Of a stretch of DNA of 36,422 nt, positions 1 to 8,561 are shown piece after piece (the stretch's first letter is position 1; the number at the start of each line of letters is the position of its first letter). Below the pieces are notes generated by a model. That model was not told the origin of the DNA. It saw only the letters and a list, made by a program, of their open reading frames with translations, and made no database searches. A program made the translations under genes and the position numbers. The stretch is from a virus (lineage: Duplodnaviria > Caudoviricetes), in the IMG/VR virus record IMGVR_UViG_3300022741_000068, positions 1 to 36,422 of that record; one strand, given 5' to 3'.

Positions 1-777
1 CTACCAGTTCCGAATGATCAGCTCACCGGATTTGCTCCTCGGCCGGCCGGCTCCGCCCACGGTGTAGTTGATTTCCACCCGTTCGATGTGTAGCCCAGCG
101 AAGGCTTGGCGCATCTCTGGAATGTCGTTGACGGAGATGACCATCCGGCCTTGGACAGACTTTGCCAGGTCGCTCATGCGTTGGTACTGCTGCAGGCCGA
201 AATCGACGCCATAGCCTTCTGTGCCCCAATACGGTGGGTCGCAGTAGATCAGGGTGTGCTCGCGGTCGTACTTGCGGATGCAGTCCGCCCAGTCCAGGTG
301 CTCGATGTATGTCCGGGAAAGGCGCAGATGGGCGGCTGACAGGTCTTCCTCCAGGCGCAGCAGATTCAGCTTCGGCCCTGAGGTCGTTGATGTGCCAAAC
401 GTCTGCCCGGTGACCTTGCCGCCGAATGCCATCCGCTGGAGGTAGAAGAACCGGGCCGCACGCTGTATGTCCGTCAGCGTCTCTTCGGGCGTGATCTGCA
501 ACCACTTGAAGATTTGCCGCGAGGTCAGCGCCCATTTGAACTGCCGGACGAACTCTTCCAGGTGGTGGCGGACAACGCGGTACAGATTGACCAGTTCTCC
601 GTTCACATCGTTGAGCACTTCGACCTGTGTGGGCACTTTCAGGAAATAGAGTGCAGCCGCCCCGCAGAAGGGTTCGACGTAGCAGGTGTGCGCGGGGAAG
701 AGCGGGAGGATGTACTTGGCCAGGCGGCGCTTGCCACCGATCCAGGGGATGATGGGGGAAGCAGTGTGCATTTCCAT
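1..777 (-). CDS. DNA adenine methyltransferase (D12/Dam-like N6-MTase), at the position of Mu mom
   Basis: PWIGGKRRLA N-terminus, YVEPFCGAAA motif I, DPPY motif IV, ELIIRNW end. Start ambiguous (777, 771 or 798); the frame stays open further upstream. Confidence 0.93.
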   Translation of the reverse strand: MEMHTASPIIPWIGGKRRLAKYILPLFPAHTCYVEPFCGAAALYFLKVPTQVEVLNDVNGELVNLYRVVRHHLEEFVRQFKWALTSRQIFKWLQITPEETLTDIQRAARFFYLQRMAFGGKVTGQTFGTSTTSGPKLNLLRLEEDLSAAHLRLSRTYIEHLDWADCIRKYDREHTLIYCDPPYWGTEGYGVDFGLQQYQRMSDLAKSVQGRMVISVNDIPEMRQAFAGLHIERVEINYTVGGAGRPRSKSGELIIRNW

Positions 778-825
778 TCTGTGTAAGCCCTTTTTCATTG
801 TTGCAATTGTTGGTAGGCTCCGGCC

Positions 826-926
826 CGCCGTGCACGGCAGAGGGCCTTGGCCAAGGCTCACAGGTTCTGTCTGTGGGTTACGGCGGCGGCCGAGGTGTTC
901 CCGCACCACGGCCGCCGCCCTCTTCT
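826..926 (+). ncRNA. Putative structured antisense RNA (SymR-like) opposite the methyltransferase leader
   Basis: Extended -10 TGgTAGGCT at 811-819. Stems 827-838, 839-845/917-923, 856-878 and 885-916 with loop GTG-TTCCCG-CAC. Confidence 0.5.
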
Positions 927-952
927 TCATGCGGGTTGCAGTGAGGCTGGTA

Positions 953-1516
953 TCAGGCTTCCGTCTCAGCAGGCCAGCCAACAACATAGGCCTGCAAGGC
1001 CTCGGCTGTGTCCAGTTCGGCGACTTCTAGCTTCATGCAGCGCTGCCGGGCGTGAATCTCCCAGCCGCGCGCGACGAGGGCGGCCTCGTGCGCAGCGTTC
1101 AGTTCCCGCAATGCCTCTAGGTCCATCGGCACGTCTTCGTTGTTCGCGGAGGTCCAGTAAAAGCCCGAAGGTAGTTGCGCAAGCGCGACGACTGGCTGCA
1201 GGCGCGTGCGCACTGTGAGGCCGCCATCCCACCGGCGGCCGGCATAGTCGAACAGGATGCCGCTGCCTTCTTGCGAGTCACGCCAAGTGTTGATGTCGGC
1301 GGTCAACTGTCCGCGCAGCTCGACAACGGTAGGAGTCGGCCGCTCTGATAGCTGGGGATTGCCGTCATCGTCGGATGTGATGAGGAGGCCGGCCGCATGG
1401 CCCATGAGCAACTCCCTGTAGCGCTCCGGAGTGATCTCGACGCCGGTTGGGTAAGGGGCCGCGTGGTGGAACCCTAGGGGTGTGGACGCAAAGATTATCT
1501 TGGTCATGGCCGTCAT
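953..1516 (-). CDS. Tail fibre assembly protein (DUF4376-like)
   Basis: Directly after the fibre with ATGA-type overlap; YRELL..G..I.SDDDGNPQL and WTSANNEDVPM motifs. Confidence 0.8.
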   Translation of the reverse strand: MTAMTKIIFASTPLGFHHAAPYPTGVEITPERYRELLMGHAAGLLITSDDDGNPQLSERPTPTVVELRGQLTADINTWRDSQEGSGILFDYAGRRWDGGLTVRTRLQPVVALAQLPSGFYWTSANNEDVPMDLEALRELNAAHEAALVARGWEIHARQRCMKLEVAELDTAEALQAYVVGWPAETEA

Positions 1517-3240
1517 TTACCGAAGGCGATGTAGTAACACCGCAGGTTTGCCAACGATGCGCGGCCGTTGAAACCGCTCAGTGAGGCTGTGTCGTACCAG
1601 CCATAGGCGCCAGAGGCGTTGCCGTTGTTGGCACCGAAAGTCAGGGAATAGATTTCGGATTTGAATGAAGTGGAGAAGAGGACAGGGGTAGCGGCGCCAG
1701 CGGATGCGGGGCCGAGCCATGTTCCCCACTGCATGATGTGGCCGCTTGGGAGCATCTGGTGCCCAATCGGGGCGAGCGATGAGCCGAACACGCCGGAAGT
1801 GAGGTTCGCCTGCAGCAGCGGCGTGCCGGACATGACCATCCATGTGTCGGTGCCGTTGAAGTTGGCGATGTAGCACCAGTCGCCCGCCCCCAGGACAAAC
1901 GAGTTCAGGGAGTTCTGGCTGCCGACGGCAATGGCGTTGGTGCCGCCACGGGTGATAGTGACTGTGGCCGACTGGGAGACGATGAGCAGACCAGAGCCGG
2001 CCGGGCATGAGTTCGCCGAGGGCAGCACCACAGAGTATGGGTCGGCGCCGCCGCAGACGATGCCGCGGCCGATGTGGCCGGCGGTCAGCGTGGCGCCGGC
2101 GGTGAGCTGGGTCACGCCCGGCAGATTGCCAAGCGCCCGCATGGAAAACTCGGTCGTCGCCAACTTGGTGCTGCTGTCGAACCGCGCTTGAGTGGGCGCT
2201 GTTGGCTGATCAGTAAACACTGGGCTGGCCAGGGGCGCCTTGAGTGCTAGAGCACTGGTGACGGTCGCGGCGAAGTTGGCATCATTGCCCAGTGCTGCCG
2301 CCAGCTCGTTGAGAGTGTCGAGCGCTGCCGGAGACGAGGCGACCAGGGCTGCGATCGCGGTCTGAACGAAACTAGTATTGGCGACCTTGGGGCTGTTGTC
2401 GCCTGGTGCTTGAGTGGGAGCGTTGAGGCCGCCAGCCCATTGGAAGTCGATTGACGTGGTGCCGATCGTGATAGCACCGTCCGTCTTGACTATCCAAATA
2501 GTGTCGGCGTTGACCGTACCTGCCTCGACTGGCACCAGTGCCCCGGCGGTGAGCTTGGCCCCGCTGTCAGCGTCCGTAGCCCGTGCCCAAGCGCCAGCTG
2601 CAGCAACGTAGATGCCGTTTGCTGCGCCCGCTGCCTGATTCTTCACGAGCACCCGGTCCCCTGCTACAAGCGCGATGCCGTCGATCGTCTGTAGGCCGGT
2701 AAGCGCGATTGGCCCTGTGGTGGCCACGCGCACGCTCGGCTTGCCATCACGTCTTGCTAATTCGCTTTGCACAAAGTCATGGACGTAGGCACGGCTTGCC
2801 ATAACGACCGTGTTATCGACCAGCAGCGTCACGCTTGTTGCGTTGCTGGTCTGGAAGATCGCACGTACATAAAACTGTTTGCCTGAGCCTTGAGCGAGGA
2901 TCGGCTTGACGCTGTCAGGATACTTGCCGATGGCGTAGAGCACCCCTGTGTCGGTGTAGATACCGATTTCGCGGATCGTCCAGCCTCCAACATCGTCCGG
3001 CAGCAACACTTCTGCCACCAGCCAGCTTGGATTGGATTCGTCCTGGAGCAGCGCGTTAATTGCCTGGCGGTGCGTTTCGCGGCGGAGCGCGGTATCGCTT
3101 GGGCTGGGGTTGTAGGTGGCACCATTACCATCGCCCACCGCGAACTGCGTGAGCTTTATCGGTACCTGCTGCGCCTTGCACTGTGCCTCGTAGGCAAGGC
3201 CGGCATTGGTGAGGATCGTGTAGTACTCCTGGGCCATCAT
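1513..3240 (-). CDS. Tail fibre protein (P2 gpH-like N-terminus)
   Basis: Starts MMAQEYYTILTNAG. GGWTIREIG baseplate-attachment motif, LDTLNELAAALGND repeat, LPSGHIMQWG distal domain. Start at 3240 or 3237 after GGAGG, not 3555. Confidence 0.9.
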   Translation of the reverse strand: MMAQEYYTILTNAGLAYEAQCKAQQVPIKLTQFAVGDGNGATYNPSPSDTALRRETHRQAINALLQDESNPSWLVAEVLLPDDVGGWTIREIGIYTDTGVLYAIGKYPDSVKPILAQGSGKQFYVRAIFQTSNATSVTLLVDNTVVMASRAYVHDFVQSELARRDGKPSVRVATTGPIALTGLQTIDGIALVAGDRVLVKNQAAGAANGIYVAAAGAWARATDADSGAKLTAGALVPVEAGTVNADTIWIVKTDGAITIGTTSIDFQWAGGLNAPTQAPGDNSPKVANTSFVQTAIAALVASSPAALDTLNELAAALGNDANFAATVTSALALKAPLASPVFTDQPTAPTQARFDSSTKLATTEFSMRALGNLPGVTQLTAGATLTAGHIGRGIVCGGADPYSVVLPSANSCPAGSGLLIVSQSATVTITRGGTNAIAVGSQNSLNSFVLGAGDWCYIANFNGTDTWMVMSGTPLLQANLTSGVFGSSLAPIGHQMLPSGHIMQWGTWLGPASAGAATPVLFSTSFKSEIYSLTFGANNGNASGAYGWYDTASLSGFNGRASLANLRCYYIAFGK

Positions 3241-3872
3241 GCCTCCAACGGATGGATGGTAGTGATCTCGATCGTGCGCAGACCTACACCGACATACAGC
3301 GGATAGGCCTGCTCGACTCCGTCGAGCTGTAGCGGGTAGATGGTGGTGAGCTCGCCGCCGACGGTGGCGGCTGCGATCACGGGTATGGATGAGCGGTTGG
3401 CCAGCGCTACGGTCAGCGCTTCGAGGTGCGAGCGGACGTTTTTGTACTCGGTGATCAGCGCCACCAGCGCGTCGAAGGTGGCCTCGTCGATGCCGCGCGT
3501 GGAAAGGTCGACGCCGACCTTGAAGTGGTAGGGCTGGCCGCCGTACTCGAACCACTCACTGATCTGGCCAGAGAGGCCCAAGGTCTCCAGCACCTGCTGG
3601 ATGGCCCAGCGGGTGCCCTTGTGGCGGTGCAGCTCAATGGCGCGTTTCAGTAAGCGCCTGCGTTCATCGTCATCGCGGGCGAATTGCCAGCCTTCACCCA
3701 GGATGTGCAACTGCTCGGCCAGGTTTGGCAGTGCAGAGGCATTAACCGTATCGACCAGATAAACCAGCAGCGGCGAGAGGTCGATATCGCTGATCCGGGC
3801 GGCCAGCTGGCCCAGCGCCTGGAAGCGTTCATCGCCGGCCAGCGGCGGCGGGAGCAGCAGCACGTCAGCCAT
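3237..3872 (-). CDS. Baseplate wedge/tail protein I (P2 gpI-like)
   Basis: LHRHKGTRWAI and YKNVRSHL motifs; lies between J and the fibre. Confidence 0.9.
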   Translation of the reverse strand: MADVLLLPPPLAGDERFQALGQLAARISDIDLSPLLVYLVDTVNASALPNLAEQLHILGEGWQFARDDDERRRLLKRAIELHRHKGTRWAIQQVLETLGLSGQISEWFEYGGQPYHFKVGVDLSTRGIDEATFDALVALITEYKNVRSHLEALTVALANRSSIPVIAAATVGGELTTIYPLQLDGVEQAYPLYVGVGLRTIEITTIHPLEA

Positions 3873-4971
3873 CGACTGTCCCTGTCACGACCAGGTTGAT
3901 GCCCGTGCAGCGCGCCCACTCGTTTTCGGCTAGCACGATCTTGGCCGGGGCGGTGCGGACGATGTCGTACACCCCGGCGACCTTTAGCGCGGACTCGACC
4001 TGTACCGGCACGATGTCGCGGCCGAGGCCGGCTGCGCGGTCGGCCTTGTAGGCTTCGGCTGAGGCTTGCGCCTGGGCCAGCACGCTGGTGATGTCGGTGT
4101 TCTTGTAGAGCACCAGCTGGGCGTCGATGGCGTAGTCGATCGGCGTGGGCGCCAGCGCCTGCACGTAGTCGGTCAACGGGCGTACGCGGTCAGCCGAGCA
4201 CGTCGCCTCAACCAGGGACAGCATGTTCGCGTCTGGCAGTCCGCTGGTCAGCAGCGGGTAGAGCTTGACTGCGCCGGGCGTGGGCGACAGCACCGCAACA
4301 TCGACAATGCTCTGGTGCGCGCTCTTGGCATGGAACACATAAGCCAGGCGGCTGCCCGCCGTGCTGAAGGCTTCCGGCGCCAGTTTGATGCGCTCGCGCA
4401 GGCGGTCGTCTTCCTCCTCCTCGATGCCGCTGGAGGTGACCGTGGTGTTGGCGGCTGTCACCTCGATGTCGCCCAGATCATCGACCAGGTTGTTGATCTG
4501 CCCCGGCTGCCAGGCGTTGCCGGCGGCGCCTGGCTCTTCGCAGGTGGCGGCCGCGTCGATCGACAGCTGGCCAGCCAGAAGGGTCACATCGGCGTCAGTG
4601 GCGAAGGTGGCAGTGCCGTCGCCGCCCTCGACGCGGGTGCCGGCCGGGATCAGCATGTTGGTGGCCAGGGCCGCCGCGACGGTGAAGCGCAGCGTGGTCT
4701 TCGCCGGTTGCGCCGGCAGGCGGGTGACGCCCACCAGTTCGCCCAGGTAGTCCAGCATCGGCGCGCGGGCATAGGCGACCAGGTTCTGCTTGGCCGCCTC
4801 CTGGATGCCGATGCGTACCAGGGTCTCGCGGTAGGCGATCACGTCGATGAGCAGGCGCTCGACCTGCGCCGGGTAAAGGGTCTTACCGGTCAGTTGCTCG
4901 TACTGCGCGACGATCTCGGCTGTGATCGCGGCCGGGTCGCGGTCGATGAAACTGGGCTCGGGCAGGCTCAC
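3865..4971 (-). CDS. Baseplate J/gp47 family protein
   Basis: LDYLGELVGVTR, E.DDRLRERI, FSTAGSRLAY, VRPLTD motifs. Confidence 0.93.
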   Translation of the reverse strand: MSLPEPSFIDRDPAAITAEIVAQYEQLTGKTLYPAQVERLLIDVIAYRETLVRIGIQEAAKQNLVAYARAPMLDYLGELVGVTRLPAQPAKTTLRFTVAAALATNMLIPAGTRVEGGDGTATFATDADVTLLAGQLSIDAAATCEEPGAAGNAWQPGQINNLVDDLGDIEVTAANTTVTSSGIEEEEDDRLRERIKLAPEAFSTAGSRLAYVFHAKSAHQSIVDVAVLSPTPGAVKLYPLLTSGLPDANMLSLVEATCSADRVRPLTDYVQALAPTPIDYAIDAQLVLYKNTDITSVLAQAQASAEAYKADRAAGLGRDIVPVQVESALKVAGVYDIVRTAPAKIVLAENEWARCTGINLVVTGTVDG

Positions 4972-5315
4972 AGGCGCACTTCCGTATCACGTAGAACGCC
5001 GTCTGCCAGCTTCCATTGCACGCGCAGCACGATCTGGGCCTCCTCGATGGAGGGCGTGGCCTTGACCAGTTCGCAGCGCGGCTCCCATAGGCGAATCGCC
5101 TCCACCGTCTCGCGCACCAGGTGCGGCACGGCTTGGTCGATCGGGTAGTCCAGGTAGAGGTGGATGTTCGAGCCGAAATCCGGGCGATGCGGGTCGCTCC
5201 CCTTGGGGGTGCGAAGGATCACGCGGATGGCCTGGTCGATGTCCGCTGTGGTCTCGACAATCCCGAAGCTGCCGAGGGCGGGTTGCCAGTGAAGGGAGTC
5301 AGATAGCCGGGTCAT
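4968..5315 (-). CDS. Baseplate gpW/gp25 family protein
   Basis: ILRTPKGSDPHRPDFGS and AIRLWEPR motifs. Confidence 0.9.
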   Translation of the reverse strand: MTRLSDSLHWQPALGSFGIVETTADIDQAIRVILRTPKGSDPHRPDFGSNIHLYLDYPIDQAVPHLVRETVEAIRLWEPRCELVKATPSIEEAQIVLRVQWKLADGVLRDTEVRL

Positions 5316-5364
5316 GCGGCTATCGTGCCGCCGTGCCCAGCAGGGGGATATTAAAGGGCTTTAA
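5316..5364 (-). promoter_or_regulatory. Late promoter 1 (activator site plus -10) for the gpW-J-I-fibre genes
   Basis: TTAAAGCCCTTTAA (5351-5364), 23 nt, CACGAT (5322-5327), 6 nt, ATG; same geometry as three other sites. Confidence 0.75.
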
Positions 5365-5367
5365 GGC

Positions 5368-5616
5368 TTACCCGAGATCGACCAGTGTCCCATCGCGTTG
5401 GTCTAGGTGGCCGTCGATTAGGGATCGAGCTAGCTGCAGGCCGGCCCTGTCTGCTTCGTCCTGTCGCCAGAGGAGGATCGGACCAGTCGCAGGAACGGCC
5501 GTCTGATCTGGGCGACCGGCACGCCTAATCAAGGCGTAGGGTACGTACTTTCTGATGTCATCGTGGTACTGGTGGCCGGGTTCAATTTCGTACCCTCGGT
5601 ATGGGAAGACGTTCAT
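5368..5616 (-). CDS. Hypothetical 82-aa protein, moron-like insertion between gpV and gpW
   Basis: Strong SD AGAGGAG; fills the gap between two normally adjacent baseplate genes; less GC-biased codons. Confidence 0.7.
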   Translation of the reverse strand: MNVFPYRGYEIEPGHQYHDDIRKYVPYALIRRAGRPDQTAVPATGPILLWRQDEADRAGLQLARSLIDGHLDQRDGTLVDLG

Positions 5617-5669
5617 TCATGACTCCTCTATGTTCGGACTAGAAGCCTTCCCATTCTTGCATCACGACA

Positions 5670-6260
5670 TCAGTGACTGTGATGGTTCGAGTTGCCACCA
5701 GCATCCATGATTGTGCCGGTAGCGTTGATGTTGCCATCGACCTGGACATGGCCCTCGATGACTGCCGCCGCGCCAGTGCCGGCCGGGCCGCGCCCCGCCA
5801 TGCCGCCCCGATAGGTGAGCTTGCCTTGCACCACCAGGTTGCCGGTCACCTCAGTCTCTGGGCAATCCACAGTGACCTTGGTGTCGGCTTGAATCAGAAC
5901 GTTCTGCACGCCGGAAACGGTCAGCGTGTGGGTGGCTCGGTCGTACTCAAGGAGCGCGCCATCCTTGAAGCGGATCATGAATTTGTTCGGGTCGGTGACC
6001 GGAGGAGTGTCTGCGCTGGAATACACGGCCCCCAGGATCACGCCGTCTTCTCCGCGCGAGTCGAGCAGTACCGCGACATGTTCGCCGGAGTCGTAAGTCC
6101 AGCAGCATTGATCAGCTTGGGTCTTTGGGTAGGCGATCGGCAGCCACATGGTGCGCATGTTGTCGAAGTCGGCCAGACGTACGCGGGCGAAACCCGGCCG
6201 CGAGGCGCTGACCGTACCGAATTTCACGCTGGCGCCGAACTCTTCGAGGGTGTCGCTCAT
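5670..6260 (-). CDS. Baseplate spike gpV/gp45
   Basis: GVILGAVYS, F.DGALLEYDR, beta-helix repeats, terminal HHSH metal-binding tip. Confidence 0.92.
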   Translation of the reverse strand: MSDTLEEFGASVKFGTVSASRPGFARVRLADFDNMRTMWLPIAYPKTQADQCCWTYDSGEHVAVLLDSRGEDGVILGAVYSSADTPPVTDPNKFMIRFKDGALLEYDRATHTLTVSGVQNVLIQADTKVTVDCPETEVTGNLVVQGKLTYRGGMAGRGPAGTGAAAVIEGHVQVDGNINATGTIMDAGGNSNHHSH

Positions 6261-7453
6261 TTCTTTGCATTCGCTTGGGACGTTCCGACCGCGCCGACCT
6301 GGCCGTTGCTCTGGACGCCGTACACCGTGAGGGTCTTGCCGGACTTTTTAATGGCCGAACTGCTGCCGGTGCTTGGTGTGACCCGCAGGGCGACGCGCTT
6401 CACTTCCAACTCGGTGAGGTAGCCGCCTCCGCGATCAAGGCGGTGGCGGGCTGACTCCACCAGGTACTTGCCGGAGAGCCTGCCGCAGTCGGCTAGCTCG
6501 AAGGTGGTGCCGGCGACGAGCTTGGGGTCACCCGGTGTTGTCAGGTTGCCCGCTGTCTGCTGCAGGTTGGCGTCGTCCAACGCGGCCTGTGCCTTGGCCT
6601 GAGCGGCTGCTTTGGAGCCGGAGCGGGTGGAAAGCTTCAGCGTGTCACCGCTGGCTGACTGGCCGGATTGCTTCTTCGAACTCACCGTGGTCTGGCCGAC
6701 CTCGGTCACCTGGTCGTCCTTCACGCCATAGACCACCAGCTTTTTGGTCTTCGGGTCGTGGTACTTGACCTTGGCCTCTTGGTAGATGTCCTTGATCTTG
6801 TCGCGCATCCGGATGGCGGTCAGGTCGGTGGCATTGAGGGTGGTCACCGTGCCGCTGTCGCGCAGATCGGCCAGTTCGGTGAAGACCAGTTTGGCGCCGA
6901 CGATCTTGAAGGCGTACCCGTATTCGCGCGCCAGGCGCGTGAGGAACTCGACGTCGCGCTCCTGGTACTGCGTCACCCGGTCGATGCGGATGTCACGGAT
7001 CTTGCCGGTCAGGGTCAGCTTGTTGCGCTTGGCGATGCGCTGGGCGACCACCGCCAGGGTGGTGTCCTCATAGGCACGGCCGACACGGGTGCGCACCGAC
7101 CTTTTGATGCCGGTGGCCAGGGCCCGGATTGACACGATCGAGGGCGGGGCTGCGAACTCAATCTCGTCGATCTCGAATGCACCGCAGGGCAGCAACGGGG
7201 CGTCCTGGTAGCCGATCTTGAGGGACAGCGTGTCGCCCTTACCTGGATACCAGGGGCCAACCCAGCGGCCGTCCGCATCCTCCAGCTCGACCTCGAGTTC
7301 GTCGGACTGCCCGGAGAGGTAGTCGATGTAGGTGACAGAGCGCACATAGGGCGTGATGTCGCTGGTGATGTTCTTCTGTTCGTAGGAGAGCACGAACACT
7401 GGGTGCGGCACCTTGGCCACACTGCTGGGGCGCTGGTCGGTCAGCGCAGCCAT
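6257..7453 (-). CDS. Baseplate hub / late control gpD family
   Basis: SDELEVELEDADG, QYQERDVEFLTRLAREYG, GKYLVESARH motifs. Confidence 0.9.
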   Translation of the reverse strand: MAALTDQRPSSVAKVPHPVFVLSYEQKNITSDITPYVRSVTYIDYLSGQSDELEVELEDADGRWVGPWYPGKGDTLSLKIGYQDAPLLPCGAFEIDEIEFAAPPSIVSIRALATGIKRSVRTRVGRAYEDTTLAVVAQRIAKRNKLTLTGKIRDIRIDRVTQYQERDVEFLTRLAREYGYAFKIVGAKLVFTELADLRDSGTVTTLNATDLTAIRMRDKIKDIYQEAKVKYHDPKTKKLVVYGVKDDQVTEVGQTTVSSKKQSGQSASGDTLKLSTRSGSKAAAQAKAQAALDDANLQQTAGNLTTPGDPKLVAGTTFELADCGRLSGKYLVESARHRLDRGGGYLTELEVKRVALRVTPSTGSSSAIKKSGKTLTVYGVQSNGQVGAVGTSQANAKK

Positions 7454-7647
7454 GGTGGCAGCTCCTCGGACAGGTCTTGCAGCTCGATCACGGGCACCGA
7501 GAGCGTCAGACCGCCAGGCAAGGTGGTGGCCAGCGGCACATGCGGGTTGGCAGCGACGATGCGCTCATACTGCAACGGGTCGCCGTAGTAGCGAGTGGCG
7601 AGCTGGTCCCAGCGCTCGCCTTCGCTGGTGATGTGAGTCAGGTACAT
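7441..7647 (-). CDS. Tail protein X (LysM-like)
   Basis: GERWDQLATRYYG...IVAANP...LPPW. Confidence 0.9.
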   Translation of the reverse strand: MYLTHITSEGERWDQLATRYYGDPLQYERIVAANPHVPLATTLPGGLTLSVPVIELQDLSEELPPWLR

Positions 7648-8561
7648 CAGATCGTCCTCGTGACAATCTTGCCAGCCAGTTTGCTGATGTTTGGCGCGGC
7701 CGACTCCAGAGCGCTGGTCGCAGTTGAGAGCTGACCTGCCAGATAGTCGATGCGGCCAGCTACCGTGCCGGTACTGACGGCTGAGAGGGCTCCCTGAGCG
7801 TTACGCACAGCACCCAGGGCGTTATTGCTGGCGCGCAGGATGCTGGCTGCCTCGGGAAGCTGACTGGTCACGCTGGTCAGGGCTGGCGACAGCTTCTCAA
7901 GAGGGCCAGCCACCTGCTTGATGCCGGTGAGGAGGCTAGGCAATCGGCTAAGCGCAGCCAGCGGGTTATCACGCAGTTTCTGGGCTACGCGTGCGACATC
8001 CACAACTACCCGCAGCGCCGACTGTGCCTGGTTGGCGTAGGTCACTGCCTGCCGGATGTTGTCGCGTACCGCTGCGGCGCCGCTGGCCAGTGTGGTGGCG
8101 GCCGTGGTCTGGCTGGCGGGCAGGGCCTTGGCGGCTGCGGGTGGCTGCTTGGGTTGAACGGCGGGTGGAGGTAGTGGGTTCTTCTTGTCGCCGACGAACT
8201 CGCGCAGGGTAATGCTGGCCTCCAGCGCGATCAGCGTGCCGGCCTTGTCGGTGTGCTTGCTGGTCGCCTGCACGTCGGTCAGCACGAACCAGCCCTTGTA
8301 GTCGCCGTTGCCGAGCACCAGGGCCATTGCATCATGGGCGGCGAGTGCCTTCTTCAGCTTGGCCAACTCGGCTTCGGGGTCGCAGTAGTGCAGGTGGAAG
8401 GCGAGCTGGATGCGGATTTCGTCGAGCTTGTCGCCAATGAACTGCAGGCGCGGCTTGCCCTCGATCAGCGGATGCTCGGCATAGTCGGCGCCGAACTGCG
8501 ACTCGAAGCCGTCGAAGTAGGTGATCAGGTCGAACTGGACGTCGCCCAGGAGCGCAAACAT
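7647..8561 (-). CDS. P2 gpU-like tail tube initiator with long Ala/Ser-rich C-terminal extension
   Basis: MFALLGDVQF, YAEHPLIEGKPRLQFIG motifs; lies after the tape measure gene. Confidence 0.85.
   Translation of the reverse strand: MFALLGDVQFDLITYFDGFESQFGADYAEHPLIEGKPRLQFIGDKLDEIRIQLAFHLHYCDPEAELAKLKKALAAHDAMALVLGNGDYKGWFVLTDVQATSKHTDKAGTLIALEASITLREFVGDKKNPLPPPAVQPKQPPAAAKALPASQTTAATTLASGAAAVRDNIRQAVTYANQAQSALRVVVDVARVAQKLRDNPLAALSRLPSLLTGIKQVAGPLEKLSPALTSVTSQLPEAASILRASNNALGAVRNAQGALSAVSTGTVAGRIDYLAGQLSTATSALESAAPNISKLAGKIVTRTI

Noticed and set aside
826-926. tRNA gene
   Set aside because: Has a 7-bp closing stem and a T-loop-like hairpin, but no canonical D arm, 7-nt anticodon loop or CCA end.
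3241-3555. 105-aa N-terminal extension of the tail fibre in the ORF track
   Set aside because: Overlaps gpI in another frame and is Arg-rich noise; the family N-terminus and SD are at 3240/3237.
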